Shown: in pieces, positions 50,792-60,959 of the stretch
How positions within the stretch are numbered: the stretch's first letter is position 1
Layout: each line of letters starts with the position of its first letter
Notes under the pieces: generated by a model
What the model saw: the letters and a program-made list of their open reading frames with translations, nothing else
Database searches by the model: none
Told to the model about the DNA's origin: nothing
NCBI GenBank assembly: GCA_907165135.1
Contig: OU015566.1
Coordinates: 3,286,001-3,350,000, forward strand
Source of the DNA: Oikopleura dioica
Lineage: Eukaryota > Animalia > Chordata
Length of the DNA stretch: 64,000 nt
Direction of reading: 5' to 3'
Program-made: the position numbers and the translations under genes

Positions 50792-50950
50792 AGGGATGGT
50801 GTCTGGAACCGACAAAAAAATTCGACAAATTTTGCGTAGACGGCTACTCGGCTGCTGATTGGCCGGTTTGCTGAATCTAGGCTTCTGATTGGTTGAAAAT
50901 TTCAACGCAAAATTTGTCGAAATTTTTTTGTCGATTCCAGACACTTCCCC
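50792..50950. mobile_element. About 160-bp intronic MITE, family GGG-TGGTGTC (lipase intron 1)
   Basis: GGGATGGTGTCTGGAACCGACAAAAAAATTCGACAAATTTTGCGT ... ACGCAAAATTTGTCGAAATTTTTTTGTCGATTCCAGACACTTCCCC|TTAA. Confidence 0.75.
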
Positions 50951-50969
50951 TTAAAAAAGTGGCAATAAT

Positions 50970-51171
50970 CAAATTTTCAAAAAAAAAGGTTATCAAGGTG
51001 ACACCCTTATTTCGAGTTTTTTTTATATATTATCCTCTTAAAATTAAAGCCTAAGGCTATAAGCTATGCATTTTAACCTATTATTTAAAGGTTTTGATTT
51101 TAAGAAGATAATATGAAATAAAAAAATCGAAATAAGGGTGTCACCTTGATAACTAATTTTTTGAAAATTTG
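50970..51171. repeat. Intronic inverted repeat (MITE-like)
   Basis: Perfect 27-bp arms GTTATCAAGGTGACACCCTTATTTCGA (50989-51015) and its reverse complement (51127-51153), with imperfect outer arms. Confidence 0.8.
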
Positions 51172-51774
51172 AATTTAATCCTTATTTTTCTGATACTTAT
51201 CAAAAACCGTCAGAAAACTGAGCGGGTAACGGGAAATGAAGTTTGTCATTGACGTAAATTTACGCTCCATCCTTCGAATAACGCATGTTTTCAAAATAAA
51301 CGGCCCTGTTCCCTTACGAAAAAGCGCTTGCCAGGAGACCCAGCAACGATGATGTTTTCCTACCGACTTTATACAGAAGTTGACAATTATGACGAACTAG
51401 ATTATTTTAATCCGGTGAGTGGAAAATCGAGCGCCGAAAGGACTAAAATAGAAAAAGTCGAATACGTCAACGATTTAATTATTTCTCCGCCTCACTGAGC
51501 AAAAAGCGATATTGCGATTGATACACCATGTGGAAAATTGAATACCCTCTTTTCACATGTACCACATGACTTGATAAAACTCGTGTATCGCATACGTAGT
51601 TCTTTGATGAGACATCTTGAGATTTCCACATGATTTGCTACTTGAATCTCAAACGCAAAAAAATTATCAAAAATTGCGAAATTTGCTAATAATGCGAAAT
51701 TGCGAGATTTGAAAAAAACTGCGAAATTATACAAAATTGCGAAACTTGTCAAATTTGCAAAAAAAAGGCAAAAT

Positions 51775-51905
51775 CTCCAAAAAATGCGAAATTTCCAAAA
51801 AATGCGAAATTTCCAAAAAATGCCGAATTTCCAAAAAATGCGAAATTTCTAAAAAATGCGAAATTTCCAAAAATGCGAAATTTCCAAAAAATGCAAAATT
51901 TTCCA
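51775..51905. repeat. 18-bp minisatellite AAAAAATGCGAAATTTCC, about 7 units, in a lipase intron
   Basis: Direct tandem repeats; degenerate copies extend left to about 51670. Confidence 0.85.
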
Positions 51906-52319
51906 AAATTTTCGTAGAGCTTTGGTAGCTTGTGAGCTTCTAGTACTGACAAAAAAAAAATAATTAAATTATAAATTTATTCATCCGAATTCATTTACAT
52001 CTGTAGTCGCCAAATGTCGACTGGACGGCGAAATCAAAGATCTTGCTCGCGACGCATGGCTGGCATGATTCGGGCACAACTGGCTGGCTTAGAGACACAG
52101 TGATGAAAGCAACGCAGCTTGATGATTACCATGTTGTCATACTTGACTGGGAAGGAGAAGCATCTTCGATCAATTACGTCGAATCGGCGCAGAATGCACG
52201 GGTCGTCGCTGCTGCTGGAGCGGTTCTGCTCTCAGACGCTTTCAACAATGGTACGGTAGACAAATAATTTAAAAGATTTATTAAGATTTTTGAACGAATA
52301 AAAAATTGGGATGAAATAT

Positions 52320-52476
52320 GGGGTGGCCTCGGGAACCGACAAAAAATTTCGACAAATCTTGCGTGGGCGTCTACTCGGCTTCTGACTGGCCGGTGGGCCA
52401 AATCCAGGCTTCTGATTGGCTAAAAATTTCCATGCAAAATTTATCGAAATTTTTTGTCGGTTCAAGACAACTCCTC
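52320..52476. mobile_element. About 160-bp intronic MITE, family GGG-TGGTGTC (lipase intron 3)
   Basis: Homologous ends and a GGCTTCTGATTGG core shared with 50792-50950. Confidence 0.7.
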
Positions 52477-53415
52477 TCGAAAATCGGGGTTGTTCTAGAT
52501 TTAGATATCAAGAAGCATATTTAATATTAAATTACTTTATATAAGATATTAATTCTTTGATTAAAATTGATAAAACGTAATTGTTTTCAATCTCTTCGAT
52601 CTTCATTTGGAGGCGCAAATTTACCAATTCTATCCATTAAATTTTCAAATTTTTATAATTCAAGGAATTCTTGCTGAAAACATCCACATAACCGGCCACA
52701 GCCTTGGCGGTCAATTAATGGCATTCCTCGCCCAAAGATTCCAGACAATCACTGGTGGCGCCAAAATCGGCCGATTCACTCCCTTGACGCTGCCGGCCCC
52801 TTATTCGATGAATGCTCCGCTGAAGCTCGAGTTGACGAAAGCGACGCTGATTATGTCGATTTTATTCATACCGATTCTGGACGGCTCCCAGCGCTTTCGA
52901 TGGAAGAAGCGGTTGCTTACGCGGGTAATCAAAATTACCAATTGATTATCATTTTTCACAAAGCGTTTTTGAAGATTTTTACGTGAATGATGGGCGCCAT
53001 CAGCCTGGATGCCCGACTCCGTCCTTGGATACAAATTGTGAGCATCAGCGAGCAGGAATCGTTTATTTTTTCCAAAAATGTTTTATGTAAAAAATGTTTG
53101 GAAAAAATCTAATAAGTTCAAATTTGGGTGAGTTCTTTCGACATTTCCTGCTACGCCTGCCCTTGTGAAACCTTCCAAAATCTAGAAAACGGCCTCTGCT
53201 CCAGTAAGCGAACAACAATTACAGTAACCCGTCATTTTTTTCATTCTAGACAACTGTCGGTTTAACGCGATCGGATTTTACTCCCAAAAACCAGCTCAGA
53301 AGACCACTTATTTCATCGAAACAACCGATAGAAAACCATTTTGCGTTCAATAAAATCTCTGAAATCAAGGAAGAAAATTTCAGAAAAAAATATTTATTCA
53401 CAATTTATATTTTGT

Positions 53416-55473
53416 TCAACAAAGTTGGCTTCTCTGCGCCCTAGCAGCTGCGAGCCGCGATTCTAGATCTTTTGCCCGTGCGCTTTTACAGTAAGTCCTT
53501 TTTACAGAACTGTTTCTTGTCGAATTCGCGAAATCGCGTTCTTGTTTTTTCGCCTTTTGATAGATTGCAATTTTCTCCATCGTTTGTGCCAGAAGATCTT
53601 CTCGGTCGCTCTTGATTTTCCCGATTTCTTCGCGCTTTTCTTCCTCTTTTCTCTTTAATTCTTCGCGGAGAATCGAAAGTCTTTCCTGCAACTCAACGAT
53701 GGACATTTCGTCGAGCAATCCATGACCAGCGCTTGAAATTAAATCAACTTGGAGCTTGTATTGGCGATCTTCGAGGGCGCGGCGCTGGAAATCCTTGATT
53801 TTCGATATCAATTGCTTCTTTGCTTCCATTTCCGCAGCTTCTCGTTGCGCTTTTTCGGCAAAAAGTTCTTCTCGGTGTTGACGGATTTCAGCTGCGATTT
53901 TGTGTTTTTCTTGCTCAAGGCGTTCTCTTATCTGATAAAGAGTAAGGGTTAGGGTTAGGGTTGGGCCTTACATTTGCCAGGTTCTTATTCGCTTCAATTA
54001 TTTCTTGAATCCGCTGAGCAATAATTTTCCGTTCTTTCGCCGTTTTCGCTGACTAAATCGAACTTTCGTTTTCAACATTTTTTTCATGACAAACCTTTTC
54101 TTCGAGAAGCTCTTGCCATTCTCTTCTCAGATCATCTGCAAGATCGTGTTTTCGTTGAATTTCTTTCAGGTGATTCAGAACCGCCATTTCGCGCGAAAGT
54201 TTTGCATCGAGAATGTTTTCTTCGAGCCGATTTTCTTGTTCTTCTCGGTCTTTTTCGAGCATTTTTTCTTGCCATTCCGTGAAAGGTAAATCATCAGCCC
54301 CGCCTGAAAAAAATAAATAGTGAAATGAACGACAGGAATACCCTTAGAGGGGGCTTTTTTCTTACCCTGAAGAAGAATTTCTAGTTTTCGGAGATTTTCT
54401 GTCTCTTTTTTCGTGATAATTTCCCCCGCCCTGAGAATGCTAGCCGCATTCTCTTTATTCTTATTCTTCGGCTCTGGAAAATCGGGCGAAGGTTGCGCGA
54501 ATTTTCGATTGAAATCCAATTTCCGCTGCTCTTCGACAAAAATCAACCGCATTCGCTCTTTTGTCTTGTCGCTCTTGTCGACATATGCGCAAGAAAAAGC
54601 ATTGAGATCACTCTCTTTAGTTTTCTCCTGAATTCGGACGAGGCGTTCGTGCTCTTTTTCACGAACGAAACTCCCGCGAAGATTTTCGGGAGTTTCGTAT
54701 GTTGTTGCTGGAATCGATGTTCGGAAAGTGCGGCTTTCGTAAACTTCTTCTTCCTTTTCCAGAGGGACAGATTTGTTCAAATTTCGGGAGAAGGGGACTG
54801 GCTTTGTCGGAGCTTTTTTAATGAAAGTTCCATTCGATTGTGACTAAAATATTGACTTGGTAAAATTTCGACTCGAATTTTTAATTAAAACGGAATGACA
54901 TTTTATTCAATACCTTTTTGATAAGTCTTTGCTGAATCCCTTGATAAATTCTTCGACTGTTCTTGATCGGCTGAATCAATTTTTGTTCGACAAATTGCTT
55001 GTCCATTATTCTTATCCATCCATTCTTGAGTTTCTTCAAATAGCTTTCTTCAAGAAAAATGTCCAAAAAGGCAATGCCTTGCTCTTGCTTCAAAGTTCCG
55101 AGCCATTGAAAGATCAAATCTGCTACTTCCGCGTTGAAAATGCATAAATAGCCGATCACTTCTAGTTTTGTTCGATCTTTTTTGAAGAAATTCGCTTCCA
55201 AAGAGAACAGAAGCTCTTTTGAAAATGTTGAAAACGGCGAGAGAATTCCTTACCAGAGATTTTCCGAAGAATTGATTTGAACTGCGCCATTCCAGAGAAA
55301 ATCTCAACTGCCAAGAACTCTTCTTCATCTGAAAATTGAGAAGCATTTATTTTTTCGCGTAAATAATTCTCTGGATCTACTTCAAGTTTGTAACCATCGC
55401 AAAGTTCTATGATAAAATCAAGAAGATCTCTAGAAGTTTTCATTTCGCGCTTGGATTTTCGAGAATGACGCAT
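53416..55473 (-). CDS. CFAP99: Cilia- and flagella-associated protein 99
   Basis: DPENYL..LAVEIFSG..VIGYLCIF..KNGWIRIMDKQFVEQKLIQP; KNKENAASILR; DLISSAGHGLLDEMSIVELQERL. All match my recollection of CFAP99 motifs. Confidence 0.8.
53944..53965. repeat. Telomere-like (AGGGTT)3GGG inside the 40-nt CFAP99 intron 53932-53971
   Basis: AAGGGTTAGGGTTAGGGTTGGG. Confidence 0.7.
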
Positions 55474-55562
55474 AGATTCAAAAGCAACTCAATTCGTTGC
55501 TAGGGGACAAATTTCTATCTGCATGGTTTTTCTTTTCAGACTTTTTCAATAATTTTTTTTAA

Positions 55563-57258
55563 TTACAGTAAGATACTTGCTGCTCGTTTTGGTCGGTCTT
55601 CAAAAGGGTAAACTTTGGTCCGGAAAATGGAAGAAAAATTGATTTTCGTCCAATTTGATAAGTTTTCGCCTTTTCCTAAAGAAAATTTCCCGATGGCTGG
55701 AGTAAGGATTCTTCGATTTTTAAAATTCGGGAGTGAATGAAACAGAGAAAATATCGCTAGCGCAGTCTTTTTCGTATCCTCGGCTCCGCTAATTTCGCAT
55801 CTTCGATCAGCATTTTGCAAACAGACTTAAAAATAAGAAGTTAGAAGCTAAACGAGGTGCTGACCTTGAAATTGGTGGAAGCGTTTTTGAGCTTTTGCTT
55901 GATTTGAATTGCCAGTTTTATGTCTTCTTCACTTTGCTGAATTGTCGATTTCAGTCTTGTCGTTTGAACCCGATGAGCAGTTAGAGCCCGCTCTAGTTCG
56001 CGGATTCTATGGATAGTGTCAAGGTCACATTCTTTTTCGGACTGCTGTTCGTCCAATTCGTCCTCCAAGGAGCGATATTTATTCACCAAGCCTTGGATGA
56101 TTCTTCGTTTTTCGCTGTTTTCTTTTGACAGCATCTGAAATTCTCAATTTATATCAGTTTCCCTTGGTCATAGAGGGTACCTGAATAGTGCCATCAACGA
56201 CCGTTTCCGTCTTAGGCAGCCTCATATCTTGATAAGTCCTGGCTAAGCACTGGTACTCTTGAAACTGATTTTTGAGACTCATCGCTTTTGTCAGAGAAAC
56301 CCGAGCTTTCGGGTCAATTTTGAGCAGTTTCTTTGAAAGAACCGCGTTTTCTCGAACAACGACTCTAGAATTGAGGATTTTTGATGTTTAGAAACTTATT
56401 TTTGCTTACTGGTTAGTTCGTTCAAGCTGAAGTTTTGAAACTTTTCGAAATTTAACGACCAAATCACCAATTTTATTTCCAAGTTCTGCTTTCTTAAAGA
56501 ACTCGTTAGCTAGTTTCACGCGTTTTGGCATACTTTTGCATGAAATCCGATGAGTTTATTTTTATCTGTATCATAAAGGGTGTCTCTGAAGAGAATTGTG
56601 TTGTCTTTCAGGAGTTTCTGCTGATCGAAGATTGCTGTTTGCAGCTTTTTTCGTTCCAAAGCTAGAACGGATTTCATTAAAAAAACAAATTAAAAAAATT
56701 ACCCAAGGGATAAATATGATTTCTCGACTGCTTCAGTCTCATTGTTTCTTGCTTCATCCCGCCCTGAAATCAACAAGGAAAGAGACGACATCAAATCGAA
56801 ACGACTCAAACCAGTTCAATTCCTTGATCCTTGTTTTCATCCTCTTGTCGTTGATTGAGCTTATTTTCCTCGCCTTCTCTTTTTTCCTCGATTTCTTCAT
56901 GAGTATCGACGGCCGAGTCGATGAAGTCTTCTTTTTTGATGATTTGATTCGTCAGTAGGGTTTCTATTTCTTCTCGCTGCTCGAGAACTTCCTTGAGCTT
57001 CGATTTCGCATCCTAAGATTATGATTAAACGAAATTTTATAAGGGTATTCAACCTTTATCGTCAATTCTTCCTGTTCAAGAGTGTTCCGAAGCTCGAGTA
57101 GAATTGCTTCCCTATCAGCTATTTTCTGCCTTATCAAGGTTTTTATTTATAAAATCTTGAAATACGTGACAACTTTGAAACCATTTTTCCTGTACTGATC
57201 ATGAGTCAACTTCGGTTCTTCCTCAAGAACCCGTTTCTTGTTCTTTTTCTTCGGCATC
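55563..57258 (-). CDS. Coiled-coil ciliary protein, CFAP157-like
   Basis: MPKKK start and long coiled coil. KRVKLANEFFK, RVVRENAVL and KRRIIQGLVNK resemble CFAP157 segments as I recall them (RVNLVANEF, RAIKENNG, KIILMLTKK). Confidence 0.5.
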
Positions 57259-58047
57259 TCTTTTTTCCGGCAAGACTGAGGCACGTGCCGTAAAAAAATA
57301 AGGCTCTTTGTCTCTACGTACTTCAGTAGTGTGCATTTCACCCAACAATAAACAACTCAACAATTCCGCAAAGTCTGCCATTATGATAGACAATCTTTGG
57401 TGAAGGCCTTTTCTGTACTACCTCAAACCGGTTTCACTCCGGATTATTGATAAATAAGTTATTTAAAATAACTCAATAATCGGACTCTCATGCATTTTGT
57501 TCCGAATTCATATTTTATGAATCAGAATTCCACTTGTCTTTTTTGAAAAAAAAATTATAAAAGCAGCTTCGAAAGAATTTTATCGTTTGATTTTAGCACA
57601 CTTAGAGAAGAACATTTTTCAGATGAGGTTATTTATGGTAATACGTCAGTTTATGATTAGGACAATCGATGACGTTTTTCGCCATAAAATGGGATTTGCT
57701 CCGAAATGATTGTGAATTGATAAAAATTTCAATTTTTTACGTATATATTTTCTCAAATTCCTGATATAATCGTGAATGTGCAGGTAATTATTTTCAGCAA
57801 GAAAAAGCAACATGAAAGCTGCTGTTGGTGATTAAAGATAATAACCTCTGCCGGATACATTGTCCATTTCTTTGGTGGCAATTTATCTCACTATAGTCCA
57901 CGATTTATAGATCTGTCACAATTATAGAGATTTCAACCGTAAAGAAAACAAACCTCAAAACGACATTTTACGACTCCGATTTCATTTCCACGATCATAAA
58001 TAAGCACAAAATATGCAAATTTTGTTCGTATTTTTGTCATAAGAGCG

Positions 58048-58577
58048 ATGGAAGCGACGAGTCCTTGTAATGAAAAATACTGCGTAACTTGTGATCGGTT
58101 GAGAACAGAGGGAAGAAGAGTCGATGTCTGTGAGAGACTATTGGCTCAGAAAAATTGCTGCTCGATTTATTTGAATGGCAGAGGTAATGATTTAACCCTA
58201 GCCCGGCAAAACGCCATTTCGACTTTTTAGGAACTCTTTTTACAGCATCAATGATAAAATGCCATCTCCACGAAGCTATCGACGATAATGGCTCATTATC
58301 TCCGTCAGAATTCGATGAATTATACGAGGCAGCGAGTGCTTGCGATGAAAAATGTGTGATGATCGCAAACACTAAAATTCTTTCCTTTGGCGTTTTTATT
58401 TTGGTTTCACTGGGAATTTATATTGCCTGGCTATTTTGGAGAAAAATGCAAAAGAATCGTGGATCGATGATCGTAAGCAAAGCTTCTTTTAAAAGAGGCA
58501 CAAGAAAATGGTCAAAATTTTATAGAAATTCGGAAAACAATTTTTCCGAAAAACGCAAACAGAAAAAAATTCTCTGA
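58048..58577 (+). CDS. Small Cys-containing single-pass membrane protein
   Basis: Two exon-like ORFs with a GT donor at about 58184; TM segment ILSFGVFILVSLGIYIAWLFW followed by a basic tail. Confidence 0.4.
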
Positions 58578-58950
58578 AATCTGATTGGCTCACGAGCTGA
58601 ATTCGTATTTTTTATTGGATTTTAATTTCACCAAAATTTTCCTCAAAAATTCTCGAATTTTTTGTCGATTTTAGCCAAAAATGGAAATTTTTGACCATAA
58701 AAAGTATCTCAAATTATGAAACAAATGAAGCCTGACAACCTTATTTCCTGCACAAAATCTTTTTTGAGCTGTCTTATATAAACAACACCAAAGAGATATT
58801 CCAAAAATTGTCTATTGTAACACCTGCAAAAATACCCTCCTTCTGGCACAGGCCGAACTCACTAATCAAACAGATCAGCGCAAATATGCATGTTATTTCA
58901 TAAATTTTCAATCTGAAAAAAAATCTCGACTGCAGAAAGCAAAAAAATTT

Positions 58951-60716
58951 ATGTCATTTTTTATTGGAATCGAAGGGGGTGCGACCAAATCAAGTGGCGT
59001 TTTGGTGGATGGAAAGAATGGAGAGATATTAAAAGAGATAACTGGTGGTCCAGCAAATGTTCGGGTATGAAAAGAGGGTCAAAAAAAGGACCCTTGCTAG
59101 CAGGGTTCTAAATCTGAGCTGAAAATCAGAAGTCAAGTCGAGTCGAGTCGACTTTATCGACTTATTAGTCGAAAAGTCGACAAACTCGAGAAAAATAAAA
59201 ATTTAGTCGAAATAGTCGAAAATAAGTCGTTATTTAGTCGGAAGTTGAAAGAGAAGTCGGTTACTTTCGACTTGATTTTCACCTTTTTCGACTAGATTTT
59301 CGACTTATTCGACTAGATTTTCAACTTTTTCGACTAAATTTTCAATTTTATCGACTAGATTTTCGACTTATTCGACTAGTTTTCGACTTTCTCTGCAATC
59401 TTGTTTTCGACTTTTTCGACTAGTCGACAATCTTGTTGAGTCAGAGGGTCAAGTCGAGTCGAGTCGAGTCGACTTATTTCCACAAGAAGTCAAGTCGAGT
59501 CGAGCTAATCTTTTCGACTAAGACTCGGCCCGACTTCGACTCTTGTCGAAACTCGACTAGTCGATTTAGAACCCTGCTAGCTAGCTGAGCTTTCTTCTCC
59601 GGTATTTTAGACTGAGGATTTATCAACAGTCATCTCTCGCTTGGAAAAAATAATGAAGTTTCTATACATGAGTTCTTCTTCCGACGTTCCCATCACCGGC
59701 AAGGTCTCCCTCGGCCTCACCCTCGCCGGAGCTTCTCAAGAAGACATTCAAGCAAAAATCGCAGTTGAAATCAAACAAAGAGTCAAGTTCATTGATCGAA
59801 TAATAATCAACACAGATGCTGTTGCTCCTGTTTTTATGAGTCAAAAGAAAGGGACCGTTTTGATTTGCGGAACTGGCAGTAGTTGCTTGTTTGTGACGGA
59901 AGATGGGATACAGAAGAGAAGTGGAGGGCTTGGTCACATGTTAGGAATTGGTCAAAATGACGAGAAAGCGCTTTTTCGAAGCAAAAATGACCAAAAATAG
60001 GCGATGAAGGATCCGCTTTCTGGATAGCCACAAAAGCCATTAAGTCAGTTCTCGACAAAGCCGATGGAATCCCAAACAATGTCCTTGATACCACCCTTAT
60101 CGAAGCCGAAATAAAAAGCTACTTCAAAATTGAAGACCTCAAAGAGCTAATAAAAATCTACCAGGAAAATTTTGATAAGGGAAAAATTGCTGGTTTCACC
60201 GCGAAATTGGCCGCAATTGCAAAAGAAAAAGACGATCCAGGTTTTTTCAACTCGAAAGAAAATTTCTGAAAGAAAAACTTTTAGTTGCAAAAATTTGCTT
60301 TGCATCAGCTGGAGGTGAGTTGGCAAAATTGGTCGTTTCGATGGAAGATACTCTTGAAATCGGAGAAGAAGAACCACCGGAGATTCTGTGCCAGGGCTCA
60401 GTTTGGAATTCATGGGAGCTTTTGAAGGAATCTTTTATCCAAGGTTCTTGGTTCACGGTTGAATTTAATAGGAAAATTAAGGAATGAAATTGCATTCAAA
60501 ACTGACTGCGCTTTCTCTGGTGCGAGTATCTGTCTCCTGTGCTTATGGAGCTGCAAGATTTGCCTCCATCAAACTCACGGTAAGCATTATTCTAATTACT
60601 AAATTATTATTGTTAACAATTCTTATTAAAAAATTAAGGATGCGCCGCTCGACTCAAAGTTGACATTTAACCTCATCGAAACCGTTCAAATACAACGAGA
60701 AAGTCCTGTTCTTTAA
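58951..60716 (+). CDS. NAGK: N-acetyl-D-glucosamine kinase
   Basis: FIGIEGGATKS, LGLTLAG, INTDAVA, GTVLICGTGS, GGLGHMLG|DEGSAFWIA, FDKGKIAGF, LCQGSVWNSWELLKE. Confidence 0.93.
59101..59576. mobile_element. hAT-like MITE (476 bp) in NAGK intron 1
   Basis: TIR CAGGGTTCTAAATC and GATTTAGAACCCTG. TSD CTTGCTAG / CTAGCTAG (7/8 match). Body made of TCGAC/GTCGA repeats. Confidence 0.88.
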
Positions 60717-60959
60717 AATATAAAGAAATGCGTTGTTTTTGTAGATCCAATACTTGAATTTAATTCGAATTTTAATAAAATTTTGCATGGCTCAAACAAC
60801 ATGAGCGAATTTATTGCAGACCGAAAATGTCTTTTAACTTATTAATGTTGAAATCAGTGGAAAGTTATAAATGAATAAGAAATTTTTGGCTTAGATTATA
60901 AAAGAATATATTACGTTTCTTACGTTCTCTTGTTTCCCTTATTATTTATAAGCCTAAAA

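Larger units (their letters stand above)
50563..53353 (+). pseudogene. Pancreatic-lipase-family gene with a 1-nt frameshift at about 52781 (pseudogene or assembly error)
   Basis: EVCYEGLGCFDNEFPW, THGW, VILDW, GHSLG (Ser); then IGRFT and LDAAGPLF are in different frames; DFIHTD; NCEHQRA (His). No PLAT domain seen. Confidence 0.8.

Noticed and set aside
51737-51952. Short repetitive ORFs on both strands
   Set aside because: Translations of the 18-bp intronic minisatellite.
33368-60716. HEX plus NAGK as a GlcNAc-salvage gene cluster
   Set aside because: They are 22 kb apart on opposite strands with many unrelated genes between them; chance proximity is adequate.
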